Shown: positions 18,397 through 27,061 of the stretch, in pieces
How the letters are laid out: every line of letters starts with the position of its first letter
Numbering within the stretch: position 1 is the stretch's first letter
DNA from: an uncultured virus (IMG/VR IMGVR_UViG_3300007960_003098)
Lineage: Duplodnaviria > Heunggongvirae > Uroviricota > Caudoviricetes
Direction: 5' to 3' (one strand)
Length of the DNA stretch: 64,000 nt
Virus record (IMG/VR): IMGVR_UViG_3300007960_003098
The notes under the pieces: model-generated
What the model was told of the DNA's origin: nothing
Seen by the model: only the letters and a program-made list of their open reading frames with translations
Databases searched by the model: none
Position numbers and translations under genes: made by a program

Positions 18397-19026
18397 ATGA
18401 CAAATATCCTGTTAATAACAGGCCCCCAGGGTTCAGGCAATCACGTTTTCTCAAAATGTCTTGCTCTGCACCCTGACGTAGGGGGTTGGAAAGAATTAAA
18501 TGATCGTTATTGGATCAGGCATGAGTTCGAACCATATGGAGACATCTGGCGAGATCCTCAAAACGTTCACAAGATCGATTGGAGTGAATACGAATATCAT
18601 GTTATCAGTGTAAGTTGTCCTTATGTTGATGTGGGGGAGACTGTTGTTCCCGACTATGAAGCAGTCATTCCCGAACTACAAAAAGTAGGTAATGTCCAGA
18701 TCGGCTTGATCGGTCGTGAAGAATTTATTTTACAAAAACAAGAGATGAGATTGCGTGGAACACACAGTTATCATCAATTCTTAGCGTTCCAAGACTACTT
18801 TGATAGTTTCAATCCCGTTTATATGAGTACAGAACTGTTGTACCTGTATAGACACAAGTATCTTAAAACACTACAACGTCTATTCAGTTTCCCAATAGAC
18901 TATGGTAATCCTCGTTTAAATGATATACTACGAGAAAATCCAAATCAAAAATATATACACTATGTTGATGATCATTGGTTAGATAGCAATAAGAAATACT
19001 TTGAAAAAGAGGGATATCGCAAGTGA
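18397..19026 (+). CDS. P-loop protein, sulfotransferase/kinase-like
   Basis: ILLITGPQGSGNH...LALHPDV N-terminus. Confidence 0.6.
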   Translation: MTNILLITGPQGSGNHVFSKCLALHPDVGGWKELNDRYWIRHEFEPYGDIWRDPQNVHKIDWSEYEYHVISVSCPYVDVGETVVPDYEAVIPELQKVGNVQIGLIGREEFILQKQEMRLRGTHSYHQFLAFQDYFDSFNPVYMSTELLYLYRHKYLKTLQRLFSFPIDYGNPRLNDILRENPNQKYIHYVDDHWLDSNKKYFEKEGYRK

Positions 19027-19643
19027 AATACATCTTTGTTGCTGGAGCACCCGGCTCTAAGTGGAGCAGTGTTGTAAAGAATATTTACTTTAGTTCATCT
19101 ATAGACCAGACTGACTACAGTGACGAAAGAACTTATTATCACGATGCTGACGGCGGAGCATTAAAACTGATGCATCTAGGTGCGTATTATGATCCTGGTA
19201 TGGAGTTTGGTGATTGGTTCGACCAGCTAGACAAACATACTAAAGAAGAATGCGAAGCAGAATTTGATAGACCCTTCACAGGTGAAGGTGTGCGGATAGT
19301 GAAGTCTCATGTATTCGCACATCATATTGATTTCTTAAAACAGCATTGGCCTGACTGCCCCGTCGTATTAGTTCACAGAAGTGATGATGAATGTCTAGGA
19401 TGGTGGGTACGGTGTGGTCATTTTGATATCACATACCCGCTATATCATAAATACTACAGAGACTTGCGTACTATGTCAAAGATCATTGATGCTCAAAATG
19501 CAGACATCATGAAAGCCTGGAGGAAAGAAGGTACAATTGTTTATACGAATTTGCAATTAGCAAATCTTTTAAACATTGATGAACCACCAGAACAGTATCG
19601 CCAAGATTATAAACTTAAAAACATTAGTGTGAAGGTATTATAA
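19023..19643 (+). CDS. P-loop protein, sulfotransferase-like
   Basis: IFVAGAPGSKWS; IVKSH; VVLVHR. Confidence 0.55.
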   Translation: MKYIFVAGAPGSKWSSVVKNIYFSSSIDQTDYSDERTYYHDADGGALKLMHLGAYYDPGMEFGDWFDQLDKHTKEECEAEFDRPFTGEGVRIVKSHVFAHHIDFLKQHWPDCPVVLVHRSDDECLGWWVRCGHFDITYPLYHKYYRDLRTMSKIIDAQNADIMKAWRKEGTIVYTNLQLANLLNIDEPPEQYRQDYKLKNISVKVL

Positions 19644-19645
19644 CT

Positions 19646-20353
19646 ATGCAAAGTAGTTGGGAACAAACTAAAGCAAGAAGCAACTATCACTTTGATAATT
19701 TTAGAATGCATCCAGTATTAGATGCAGTAGATAGGATTGGTTCTATCTATATCAACTGGACTGATCAACAGATAGAAAGAATCATTCAAGAGTCTAAAGA
19801 AGCAACCTGGCGTACACGTGGCAATCCTGATAAAGAAGCCAAGATTAGATCAGAACAAGAACACTTATCAGAAGAATATGATTTAGAACAGCAGGGTTAC
19901 GATAAAGACTATGTAGTATCTAATCTTAATTGGGAAATACCTGACAATCTAATGGATATCGCTAAATCTTTTCATCTTCAAAACACTATGGTAAGATTAC
20001 ATGTGCAACATCCAGGTCAAGTATGGAACTTGCACATCGATAAACTTGACAAGTGGTGTCCAGACTATCCTTCTAAAGTTTCACGATACATGATTCAGTT
20101 AACTGACTGGGAGCCAGGACAGTTCTGGAGTTATGGTAACTATAACTATCATCAGTGGAGAGCAGGAGACTTAACTTCATTTGATTGGATGAATATTCCG
20201 CACTCTACTGCTAACGCTAGCCATCATCCTAGAGTGACTTTACAGATTACTGGAGTCAGAACAGATGCTACAGATGATTTTATAGAAGTCGTAAGACACT
20301 TAAGAGGAAAGCCGTACGTTTGTAAACGGTACTCATTATACGAATCCGCATAA
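19646..20353 (+). CDS. 2OG-Fe(II) dioxygenase / cupin-fold hydroxylase
   Basis: PGQVWNLHID (HxD) ... PHSTAN...PRVTLQI (distal H and R). Confidence 0.75.
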   Translation: MQSSWEQTKARSNYHFDNFRMHPVLDAVDRIGSIYINWTDQQIERIIQESKEATWRTRGNPDKEAKIRSEQEHLSEEYDLEQQGYDKDYVVSNLNWEIPDNLMDIAKSFHLQNTMVRLHVQHPGQVWNLHIDKLDKWCPDYPSKVSRYMIQLTDWEPGQFWSYGNYNYHQWRAGDLTSFDWMNIPHSTANASHHPRVTLQITGVRTDATDDFIEVVRHLRGKPYVCKRYSLYESA

Positions 20354-20377
20354 ATACATAAAAGACGGGACGATATA

Positions 20378-21094
20378 ATGAGAGCTAACGAATTCCTCAC
20401 GGAAAGAAAGAAAAAACGCAAATCAAGATCAAGAAAACCCTTTGCATACGGCGCTGGCTATGGGTATTACTATGGCGGGGCGAATGACGTTGCAGATTCT
20501 GGTGGTGGCGATGGCGGCGGTGGCGAAAGCAAACAGTATGAATCTGCTGTACAAGATTTAGCAGATCGCTTACCGAAAATCAAAGCGCAGGATCCAAACA
20601 CTGCGGATACTATCGACCGTTTAGTAAAAGATGTTTCTAAAAAGCATAACTTACACCATAGAGCCTTAAAGGACCTTTTCAAAAAGCGTTTTGGCCGTGA
20701 ACCCAACACTTGGAAGAACGAGATTCGTGAGACTGACAAGATCGATATCGACCAAGAAGTGCAGAAAGCCGCTAAATGGATGGGTGATATCTTAAACATA
20801 CAAAATATGCCCAAGATCAAATTAAGTTATGATAGCAAAGAAGCACAAGAAGGTCACCATACAGGTAGACATGAACTAGGTAGTGATGAAATCTGGGTCT
20901 ATGCAAATAACAGAAACTTAGTTGACATTCTTAGAACTGTTTTCCACGAACTTGAACACATCAGACAGGGCGAGAATGACGAGATCGACCCCGGGTCAAG
21001 CTATCCAGGTAGTCCAATCGAAGCGAAAGCAGACATGGTAGCTGGAAAATATATCAAAATTTACGGAGAGAAAAACAGGCATATCTTTCAATGA
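20378..21094 (+). CDS. Zincin-like metallopeptidase domain protein with CTS-like N-terminus
   Basis: LRTVFHELEHIRQ (HExxH), downstream E (IEAKAD); MRANEFLTE start; TAAATA at 20351. Confidence 0.7.
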   Translation: MRANEFLTERKKKRKSRSRKPFAYGAGYGYYYGGANDVADSGGGDGGGGESKQYESAVQDLADRLPKIKAQDPNTADTIDRLVKDVSKKHNLHHRALKDLFKKRFGREPNTWKNEIRETDKIDIDQEVQKAAKWMGDILNIQNMPKIKLSYDSKEAQEGHHTGRHELGSDEIWVYANNRNLVDILRTVFHELEHIRQGENDEIDPGSSYPGSPIEAKADMVAGKYIKIYGEKNRHIFQ

Positions 21095-21294
21095 CGGAAC
21101 GGGGAACGTTGATAACTTACAGAGATAAATCACGCAGACCGGTATATTACACTGTCTTAGATAGCCTTTTTGATTCTGTAGTCATAATAACACACTCTAA
21201 CCATATCGCCAATTATTGGAAACGTGCAGTAGATCATTGCAAACATCAAGTTCCTTATACTATTTGGGAACATCAAGCACCCAAAAAACATTGA
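21091..21294 (+). CDS. Hypothetical protein
   Basis: ORF overlaps previous stop (ATGA). Confidence 0.45.
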   Translation: MTERGTLITYRDKSRRPVYYTVLDSLFDSVVIITHSNHIANYWKRAVDHCKHQVPYTIWEHQAPKKH

Positions 21295-21320
21295 CATTAC
21301 CCCTAATCCTGCTATATACT
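21291..21320 (+). promoter_or_regulatory. Sigma70-type promoter for the replication operon
   Basis: TTGACA-N18-TATACT. Confidence 0.7.
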
Positions 21321-21356
21321 ATACAGACAATTTCTAACTAACTCAAGGAGAAATAT

Positions 21357-21617
21357 ATGGCAGGAAAATACTTTAGTCCCGAACAGGTACTCAAACTCAA
21401 GCAACTTATGAATGAAGGTATTCAAGTGATGCATGAGGTCGAGACTCTTAATGGTGGGCTTACCGATACTGTAAAAGCAGTTGCAGAAGAACTTGAAATC
21501 AAACCAGCTATTCTAAAGAAAGCTATCCGAATTGCATACAAGTCAAAACTTACTGACACTAATGCAGACCACGAACAACTAAATGACATCTTGGAGACTG
21601 TGGGTAAAACTCTTTAA
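21357..21617 (+). CDS. T4 DsbA/GapR-like dsDNA-binding protein
   Basis: 86-aa helical protein, AVAEELEIKPAILKKAIRIAYK; strong RBS; directly upstream of polymerase. Confidence 0.65.
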   Translation: MAGKYFSPEQVLKLKQLMNEGIQVMHEVETLNGGLTDTVKAVAEELEIKPAILKKAIRIAYKSKLTDTNADHEQLNDILETVGKTL

Positions 21618-24322
21618 TGTCCTACGTAGACGCAATCCACGACAAACAGACTGATCGAATTTTTGTAGTAGAAAGAAACTCTCAAGGTGTAAGAGAGTTT
21701 AAAGAGTATCCTACAAATTTCGTGATGTATTACGAAGACCCCAAAGGTAAATACCGCTCTATCTTTGGGGACTCTGTTTCTAGGTTCTCAACCCGCAAGC
21801 AAGCAGAATTCGAAAAAGAAAGACGCATCCACTCTAAGCGTAAAACGTTTGAGAGTGATGTCAATCCTGTATTCAGATGTTTGAGCGAGAACTATCTGGG
21901 TGTCGATGCGCCCAAATTGCACACAGCATTTTTCGACATCGAGGTTGACTTTGATCCTGCAAAGGGATTCTCTCCACCAAGTGATCCATTCAATCCTGTA
22001 ACAGCCGTAGGCGTGTACTTAGACTGGCTTGATCAACTAGTGTGTCTGGCTATTCCTCCAAGTCACATGACGTATGAGACTGCACAAGACGCTATCAAAG
22101 ACTTCCCCGATACTATCTTGTTTAGGACAGAGAAAGAACTGTTTGACGCATTCTTTGAACTGATCGAAGACGCTGATGTATTGACTGGCTGGAACTCAGA
22201 AGGATACGATATTCCATACATGGTTAATCGTGTCACAAGAGTAATGAGCAAAGACGACACACGTAGATTCTGCTTGATGGGTCATCATCCTAAGAAAAGA
22301 ATGTATGAGCGTTTTGGTAAAGAAGAAGAAACGTTTGACTTAATTGGTCGCATTCACTTAGACTATCTTCAACTGTACAAAAAGTACAACTACGAATCAC
22401 GCCACAGTTATACGCTAGATTCTATCGGTGAGATGGAAGTTGGTGAGCGCAAGACTGAGTATGAAGGTACACTTGATCAGTTATACAACAAAGACTTTAA
22501 GACGTTTATTCAGTATAACAGACAAGACGTTATGCTGTTGGTCAAGATCCATAACAAACTCAAGTTCTTGGAGCTTGCTAATCAACTAGCACATGAGAAT
22601 ACTGTGTTGCTACCAACTGTCATGGGTTCTGTGGCTATGATCGAAATGGCTATCATGAACGAAGCGCATGAGCGTGGTCTTGTTGTTCCTGACAAGCATA
22701 GAAAGAATCTAAATGCAACAAGAGAACAGCAAGCGGCAGGTGCATATGTTGCTACTCCAAAGAAAGGTATGCATGAGTGGATCGGATCAATCGATATCAA
22801 CTCTCTGTATCCTTCTACGATCAGGGCACTTAACATGGCTCCTGAGACTATCGTAGCACAGATCAGACAGACGTTGACTGATCAGTATATGATAGAAAAG
22901 GGAGTAGAACTTGCGAAAGAAAAAGCCCGTTACACAGAAGGCGACATGGAAGAAGGTAGCTTGCTGTGGGAAGGGTTGTTTGGCTCACTAGAATATACTG
23001 CTATCTTGAATCAAGAACGTGGAACTATATTGACTGTTGATTACGAAGATGGTAGAAGCGAACAGAAAAGTGCGGCAGAAATCTGGAAGTGGATCTTTGA
23101 TTCTAATAACCCGCTGATCTTGAGTGCTAACGGCACTGTGTTTAGATCAGATCAAGAGGGTGTGATTCCAGGCTTGTTGAGCAAGTGGTATTCTGATCGT
23201 AAAGTGATGCAGAAGAAACTTAGAGAGTCCACTACTCAAGCAGATCGTGAGTATTGGGATAAGCGTCAGTTAGTTCGCAAAATTTTGCTTAACTCTGCTT
23301 ATGGTGCACTTCTTAATGAACACTGTCGTTTCTACGATAAGCGTATTGGTCAGTCAACTACACTGACTGGTAGATGCATCACTAAGCATATGTCAGCATA
23401 TGTGAATGAGATTATTGCAGGTGATTATGATCACACTGGTACAGCAATGATCTATGGTGATACTGACTCTTGTTATTTTTCTGCTTGGCCCATCTTAAAA
23501 GATCAGATCAGTAAAGACGAGTGGTCTAAAGAAATGGCTATTCAACTTTATGATAACATCGCAGAGCAAGTGAATGACAGTTTCACAGCGTTTATGGAAA
23601 CAGCGTTTCACTGTCCACGTGCTAAGGGTGAAATCATCAAAGCAGGTAGAGAAGTAGTTGGTGAACGTGGTTTGTTTATCACTAAAAAGCGTTATGCTAT
23701 CAATGTGATTGACATCGAAGGCAAGCGTACTGACACTGATGGTAAGATGGGCAAAGTCAAAGCAATGGGTCTTGACTTGAAGCGAGCCGATACTCCCAAG
23801 TATGTACAAGACTTTTTGATGGAAGTCTTAGAAATGGTTCTTGGTGGTAAGGGCAAAGACGAGGTAGTCGAAACGATCAAATCGTTTAAGATCGCAATGG
23901 CTAAGCAAGACTCTTGGACTAAAGGTTCGCCTAAGTCTGCAAACAAACTTACTTACTATACTGAACTAGAACAGCGTTCTAAGACTGGTAAAGCAAACAT
24001 GCCCGGTCACGTAAGAGCGGCTATGAACTGGAACACTTTAAAGCGTGTTAACGGCGACAACTATTCAATGGAGATCATGGATGGTTTCAAAGTTATTGTT
24101 TGCAAACTAAAAAGCAATCCACTAGGATATACTAGTATCGCATATCCAACAGATCAATTGCGTTTGCCTCAGTGGTTCCAAGAGCTACCGTTCGATGATA
24201 GCGCAATGGAAGCAACTCTAGTAGACAAAAAGATCGACAATCTATTAGGTGTACTAGAATGGGATCTGGGTGATAGCACAGATACTAATTCAACGTTTGA
24301 TCAGTTGTTTAGTTTTGGGTGA
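21617..24322 (+). CDS. Family B DNA polymerase (T4 gp43-like)
   Basis: Exo motifs FDIEVD, GWNSEGYDIPY, YNRQD; Pol motifs DINSLYPS, KILLNSAYG, YGDTDS, KKRYA. Confidence 0.97.
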   Translation: MSYVDAIHDKQTDRIFVVERNSQGVREFKEYPTNFVMYYEDPKGKYRSIFGDSVSRFSTRKQAEFEKERRIHSKRKTFESDVNPVFRCLSENYLGVDAPKLHTAFFDIEVDFDPAKGFSPPSDPFNPVTAVGVYLDWLDQLVCLAIPPSHMTYETAQDAIKDFPDTILFRTEKELFDAFFELIEDADVLTGWNSEGYDIPYMVNRVTRVMSKDDTRRFCLMGHHPKKRMYERFGKEEETFDLIGRIHLDYLQLYKKYNYESRHSYTLDSIGEMEVGERKTEYEGTLDQLYNKDFKTFIQYNRQDVMLLVKIHNKLKFLELANQLAHENTVLLPTVMGSVAMIEMAIMNEAHERGLVVPDKHRKNLNATREQQAAGAYVATPKKGMHEWIGSIDINSLYPSTIRALNMAPETIVAQIRQTLTDQYMIEKGVELAKEKARYTEGDMEEGSLLWEGLFGSLEYTAILNQERGTILTVDYEDGRSEQKSAAEIWKWIFDSNNPLILSANGTVFRSDQEGVIPGLLSKWYSDRKVMQKKLRESTTQADREYWDKRQLVRKILLNSAYGALLNEHCRFYDKRIGQSTTLTGRCITKHMSAYVNEIIAGDYDHTGTAMIYGDTDSCYFSAWPILKDQISKDEWSKEMAIQLYDNIAEQVNDSFTAFMETAFHCPRAKGEIIKAGREVVGERGLFITKKRYAINVIDIEGKRTDTDGKMGKVKAMGLDLKRADTPKYVQDFLMEVLEMVLGGKGKDEVVETIKSFKIAMAKQDSWTKGSPKSANKLTYYTELEQRSKTGKANMPGHVRAAMNWNTLKRVNGDNYSMEIMDGFKVIVCKLKSNPLGYTSIAYPTDQLRLPQWFQELPFDDSAMEATLVDKKIDNLLGVLEWDLGDSTDTNSTFDQLFSFG

Positions 24323-24323
24323 C

Positions 24324-24926
24324 ATGAAGCAGATAGAACCACGTTTAGCAGGTCACGATAATAATATTATCATCACACGCCCTGATAGTAATTATTATTT
24401 TATCCCTATCGTGAAAAATGCTTCTACTCAAGCCCATGCGTTTCTTAACCATTATGGCTGGAAGTACTATGAGTACGAAAATACAGAGGAAGTAAAAAAT
24501 AAAATTCCTTTTACTATACTGAGAGAACCTGTTGAACGCTGGTGCTCTGGTTTCGCTCAAGATTTCCATAGAGATGTTTCTGCGTTAGAATACAGAACCA
24601 GACTAGACAACATCTTTAACAATAAATTGGGTTCTACTATGCATACCCGCAAACAATCATTTTATCTAGAAAATTATGACTTAGATAAAATACATTTTTT
24701 AAAACACGGTGCTACTCTTTCTCGTAGTCTAGTACGTTTCACTAAAGAAATTATGAAGTTGAGAATATTTTCCCCGATGCAAAACGAAAAAAGCGTTATG
24801 GATTATGCTGTAAAAGATAAAATTAAAAAGGTCCTAGAAGAAAATCCTAAATACCTAGAACTTTTAAAAGACTACCTAAGGAAAGATTTAGAAATATACA
24901 ATAACGTTAATTTCTACAATGGGTAA
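24324..24926 (+). CDS. Sulfotransferase family-2-like protein
   Basis: FIPIVKNAST (5'-PSB-like), LREPVERWCSG (3'-PB-like), H..Q, KDLEIY. Confidence 0.7.
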   Translation: MKQIEPRLAGHDNNIIITRPDSNYYFIPIVKNASTQAHAFLNHYGWKYYEYENTEEVKNKIPFTILREPVERWCSGFAQDFHRDVSALEYRTRLDNIFNNKLGSTMHTRKQSFYLENYDLDKIHFLKHGATLSRSLVRFTKEIMKLRIFSPMQNEKSVMDYAVKDKIKKVLEENPKYLELLKDYLRKDLEIYNNVNFYNG

Positions 24927-24934
24927 AAATGTGA

Positions 24935-24963
24935 TTGACACATGCAAAAAACCATGCTATATT
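24935..24963 (+). promoter_or_regulatory. Sigma70-type promoter (plus TAAATA at about 24980)
   Basis: TTGACA-N17-TATATT with TG extension. Confidence 0.7.
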
Positions 24964-25002
24964 ACACAATAGCAATGCCTAAATACTACAAGAGGATAAA
25001 CA

Positions 25003-25740
25003 ATGAGAGATAATTTGCAAGATATGATTCAGTACACACACGGTCTAGGTATCATCGACTTAGTGAAAGTGTCCGGTACTGCACAAGAAACACAGGTTTC
25101 TGCACTCGCAGATGACAAGTCTGTGGTTGTAAACGGTGTGACTAAGACTCCGGTAGCGGACTTTATTGGTACGTTTGGTATGCCAAACTTGACTAAACTC
25201 AAAACTATCTTAGGTTTTGATGTGTATAAAGAAGACAAGGGCGCTTCTATTACTATGACTCGCCAACAAAAAGACGGTGAAGATGTACCAACTGCTATTC
25301 ACTTTGCTACATCAGCGGGTGATTTCATTAACGACTATCGTTTGATGTCAAAAGCTATCATCGATGAAAAAGTACGTAACGTAACTTTTAAAGGTGCCGC
25401 ATGGGACGTAGAATTTGAACCTACTGTAGCAGGTATCATGCGTCTAAAGATGCAAGCACAAGCAAACGCAGAAGAACTAAACTTCACCGCAAAGACTGAG
25501 AATGGTGATCTTAAGATGTTCTTTGGTGATCCGTCAACTCACTCAGGTAATTTTGTGTTTCATGCAGGAGTGACTGGTAACTTGACTCGTAACTGGATGT
25601 GGCCTGTTAAAGTGTTCTTGTCAATCATGGATCTACCCGGTGATAAGACTGTGCGTATCTCAGATCAAGGTGCCGCAGAGATCACTGTAGATAGTGGATT
25701 CACTGTATATCAATATCTATTGCCTGCTCAAGCAAAATAG
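25003..25740 (+). CDS. DNA polymerase sliding clamp (gp45-like)
   Basis: 245 aa, two-domain alpha/beta pattern, C-terminal ISDQGAAEITVDSG...YQYLLPA; position near PolB. Confidence 0.7.
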   Translation: MRDNLQDMIQYTHGLGIIDLVKVSGTAQETQVSALADDKSVVVNGVTKTPVADFIGTFGMPNLTKLKTILGFDVYKEDKGASITMTRQQKDGEDVPTAIHFATSAGDFINDYRLMSKAIIDEKVRNVTFKGAAWDVEFEPTVAGIMRLKMQAQANAEELNFTAKTENGDLKMFFGDPSTHSGNFVFHAGVTGNLTRNWMWPVKVFLSIMDLPGDKTVRISDQGAAEITVDSGFTVYQYLLPAQAK

Positions 25741-25754
25741 AGAAAGTTTAATCT

Positions 25755-26393
25755 ATGACTGGACTTTGGAATAAATTTAGTGGTGGCAATTTATATTCAA
25801 CTATTATAACTAGAAACGATGTAGATTTTGTTTTTTGCCCTATCACCAGATGCGCCAGTCAATGGATAAGCTATAGGTTGCTTGATATAAACAATTTTTA
25901 TACAGTAGTGCAAAATATCGGGAATACTAATGAAGCATTTTCTGACTATGATCACAAAGCAAAACTGTTTATTGTACGTGATCCATTAGTAAGAATGATA
26001 TCGGGTGCTAGAACTAGGGAAGATTTTAGTTTGGAAGACTTTTCTTTAGACAAAGAATCTTTGTTTAATAAATTAGATGAGGACATACATACTCTCCCTA
26101 TGAGCGTGTGGTTCAAACCCTTTGCTAATTTAGATAACGCAGTTTTTATAAAATTTGAAAACTGGGACAAATTAGATAAGTTTTTTGCCCCATATAATTT
26201 AGCCCCTAACGAAACAGTTTCACAAGATCGATGGACTGGTTTCAATCAATGGCTGCCGTCAGATAATTTTGATTCGAGAACTTCTTCGCCTTGGTACAAC
26301 TATGTAATATCTAATCCTGATATACTAGACAACTTGAAAGAATATCTTGATGAAGATTATAAATTCTTAAAGACCATAACTTACTATAGGTAG
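25755..26393 (+). CDS. Sulfotransferase family-2-like protein
   Basis: FCPITRCASQ, IVRDPLVRMISG, DIHTLP, YLDEDY; paralogous pattern to 24324-24926. Confidence 0.65.
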   Translation: MTGLWNKFSGGNLYSTIITRNDVDFVFCPITRCASQWISYRLLDINNFYTVVQNIGNTNEAFSDYDHKAKLFIVRDPLVRMISGARTREDFSLEDFSLDKESLFNKLDEDIHTLPMSVWFKPFANLDNAVFIKFENWDKLDKFFAPYNLAPNETVSQDRWTGFNQWLPSDNFDSRTSSPWYNYVISNPDILDNLKEYLDEDYKFLKTITYYR

Positions 26394-26401
26394 TAATACT
26401 T

Positions 26402-27061
26402 ATGAGAGAATATGATTTTATTTATTTTATGGGAGATAGTTACACAGTTGGTTGCGATCAAGGAGACGATATCAATCGGGAAGTAACTAGACAAAATAGA
26501 TATAGTCAATTAGTAGCAGATAGATTTAATTTGCCTTTAGTGAACCATGCGATAGGCGGGTGTTCTAATGATTATATTGCTAGAACCGTAGTTAAGGATA
26601 TGTTGAACTACAAGAAAGAAGGAAAAAACCCTTTAGTTGTAGTGTGCTACTCTCATTATGATCGTAGAGAAATGTGGTATAAAGAACAAAACCGATCTCT
26701 GACACTAAACCCGGACATGGATATCTACAAAGAATATCTTGTTAACCATTATAATAACGAACTTAATAAAGACTTTACCCGTTATCATATGGCTTCGATA
26801 AAACATGTGTTAAGATATATGCAGTTTGATTTTGTGGAAGCTTGGTCGGCTGAAGTAGTAGACGATCCATTGTTAGATCATAGCACAGAGATTTTTCCTG
26901 AATTTATTGAAATAGCAGGGGTAGAAGGGTGCTTCATTTTGGCTCCGGGGGACGATCCTGTAACAGGATTACCCAGACTAGGACATTTAAATGTCAAGGG
27001 AAATAAAATGATTGCAGAATTGATTATAGACAAAATAGTAGAGTTATATGGAAAAAAGTAA
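26402..27061 (+). CDS. SGNH/GDSL hydrolase-like protein
   Basis: FMGDSYTVG, NHAIGGCSN, GHLNVKGN. Confidence 0.7.
   Translation: MREYDFIYFMGDSYTVGCDQGDDINREVTRQNRYSQLVADRFNLPLVNHAIGGCSNDYIARTVVKDMLNYKKEGKNPLVVVCYSHYDRREMWYKEQNRSLTLNPDMDIYKEYLVNHYNNELNKDFTRYHMASIKHVLRYMQFDFVEAWSAEVVDDPLLDHSTEIFPEFIEIAGVEGCFILAPGDDPVTGLPRLGHLNVKGNKMIAELIIDKIVELYGKK

Noticed and set aside
14440..20353. Interpreting the transporter block as bacterial contamination
   Set aside because: Flanked seamlessly by phage late genes, with T4-type TATAAATA promoters and a 4-nt convergent overlap with the ASCH gene; read-level confirmation is still advisable
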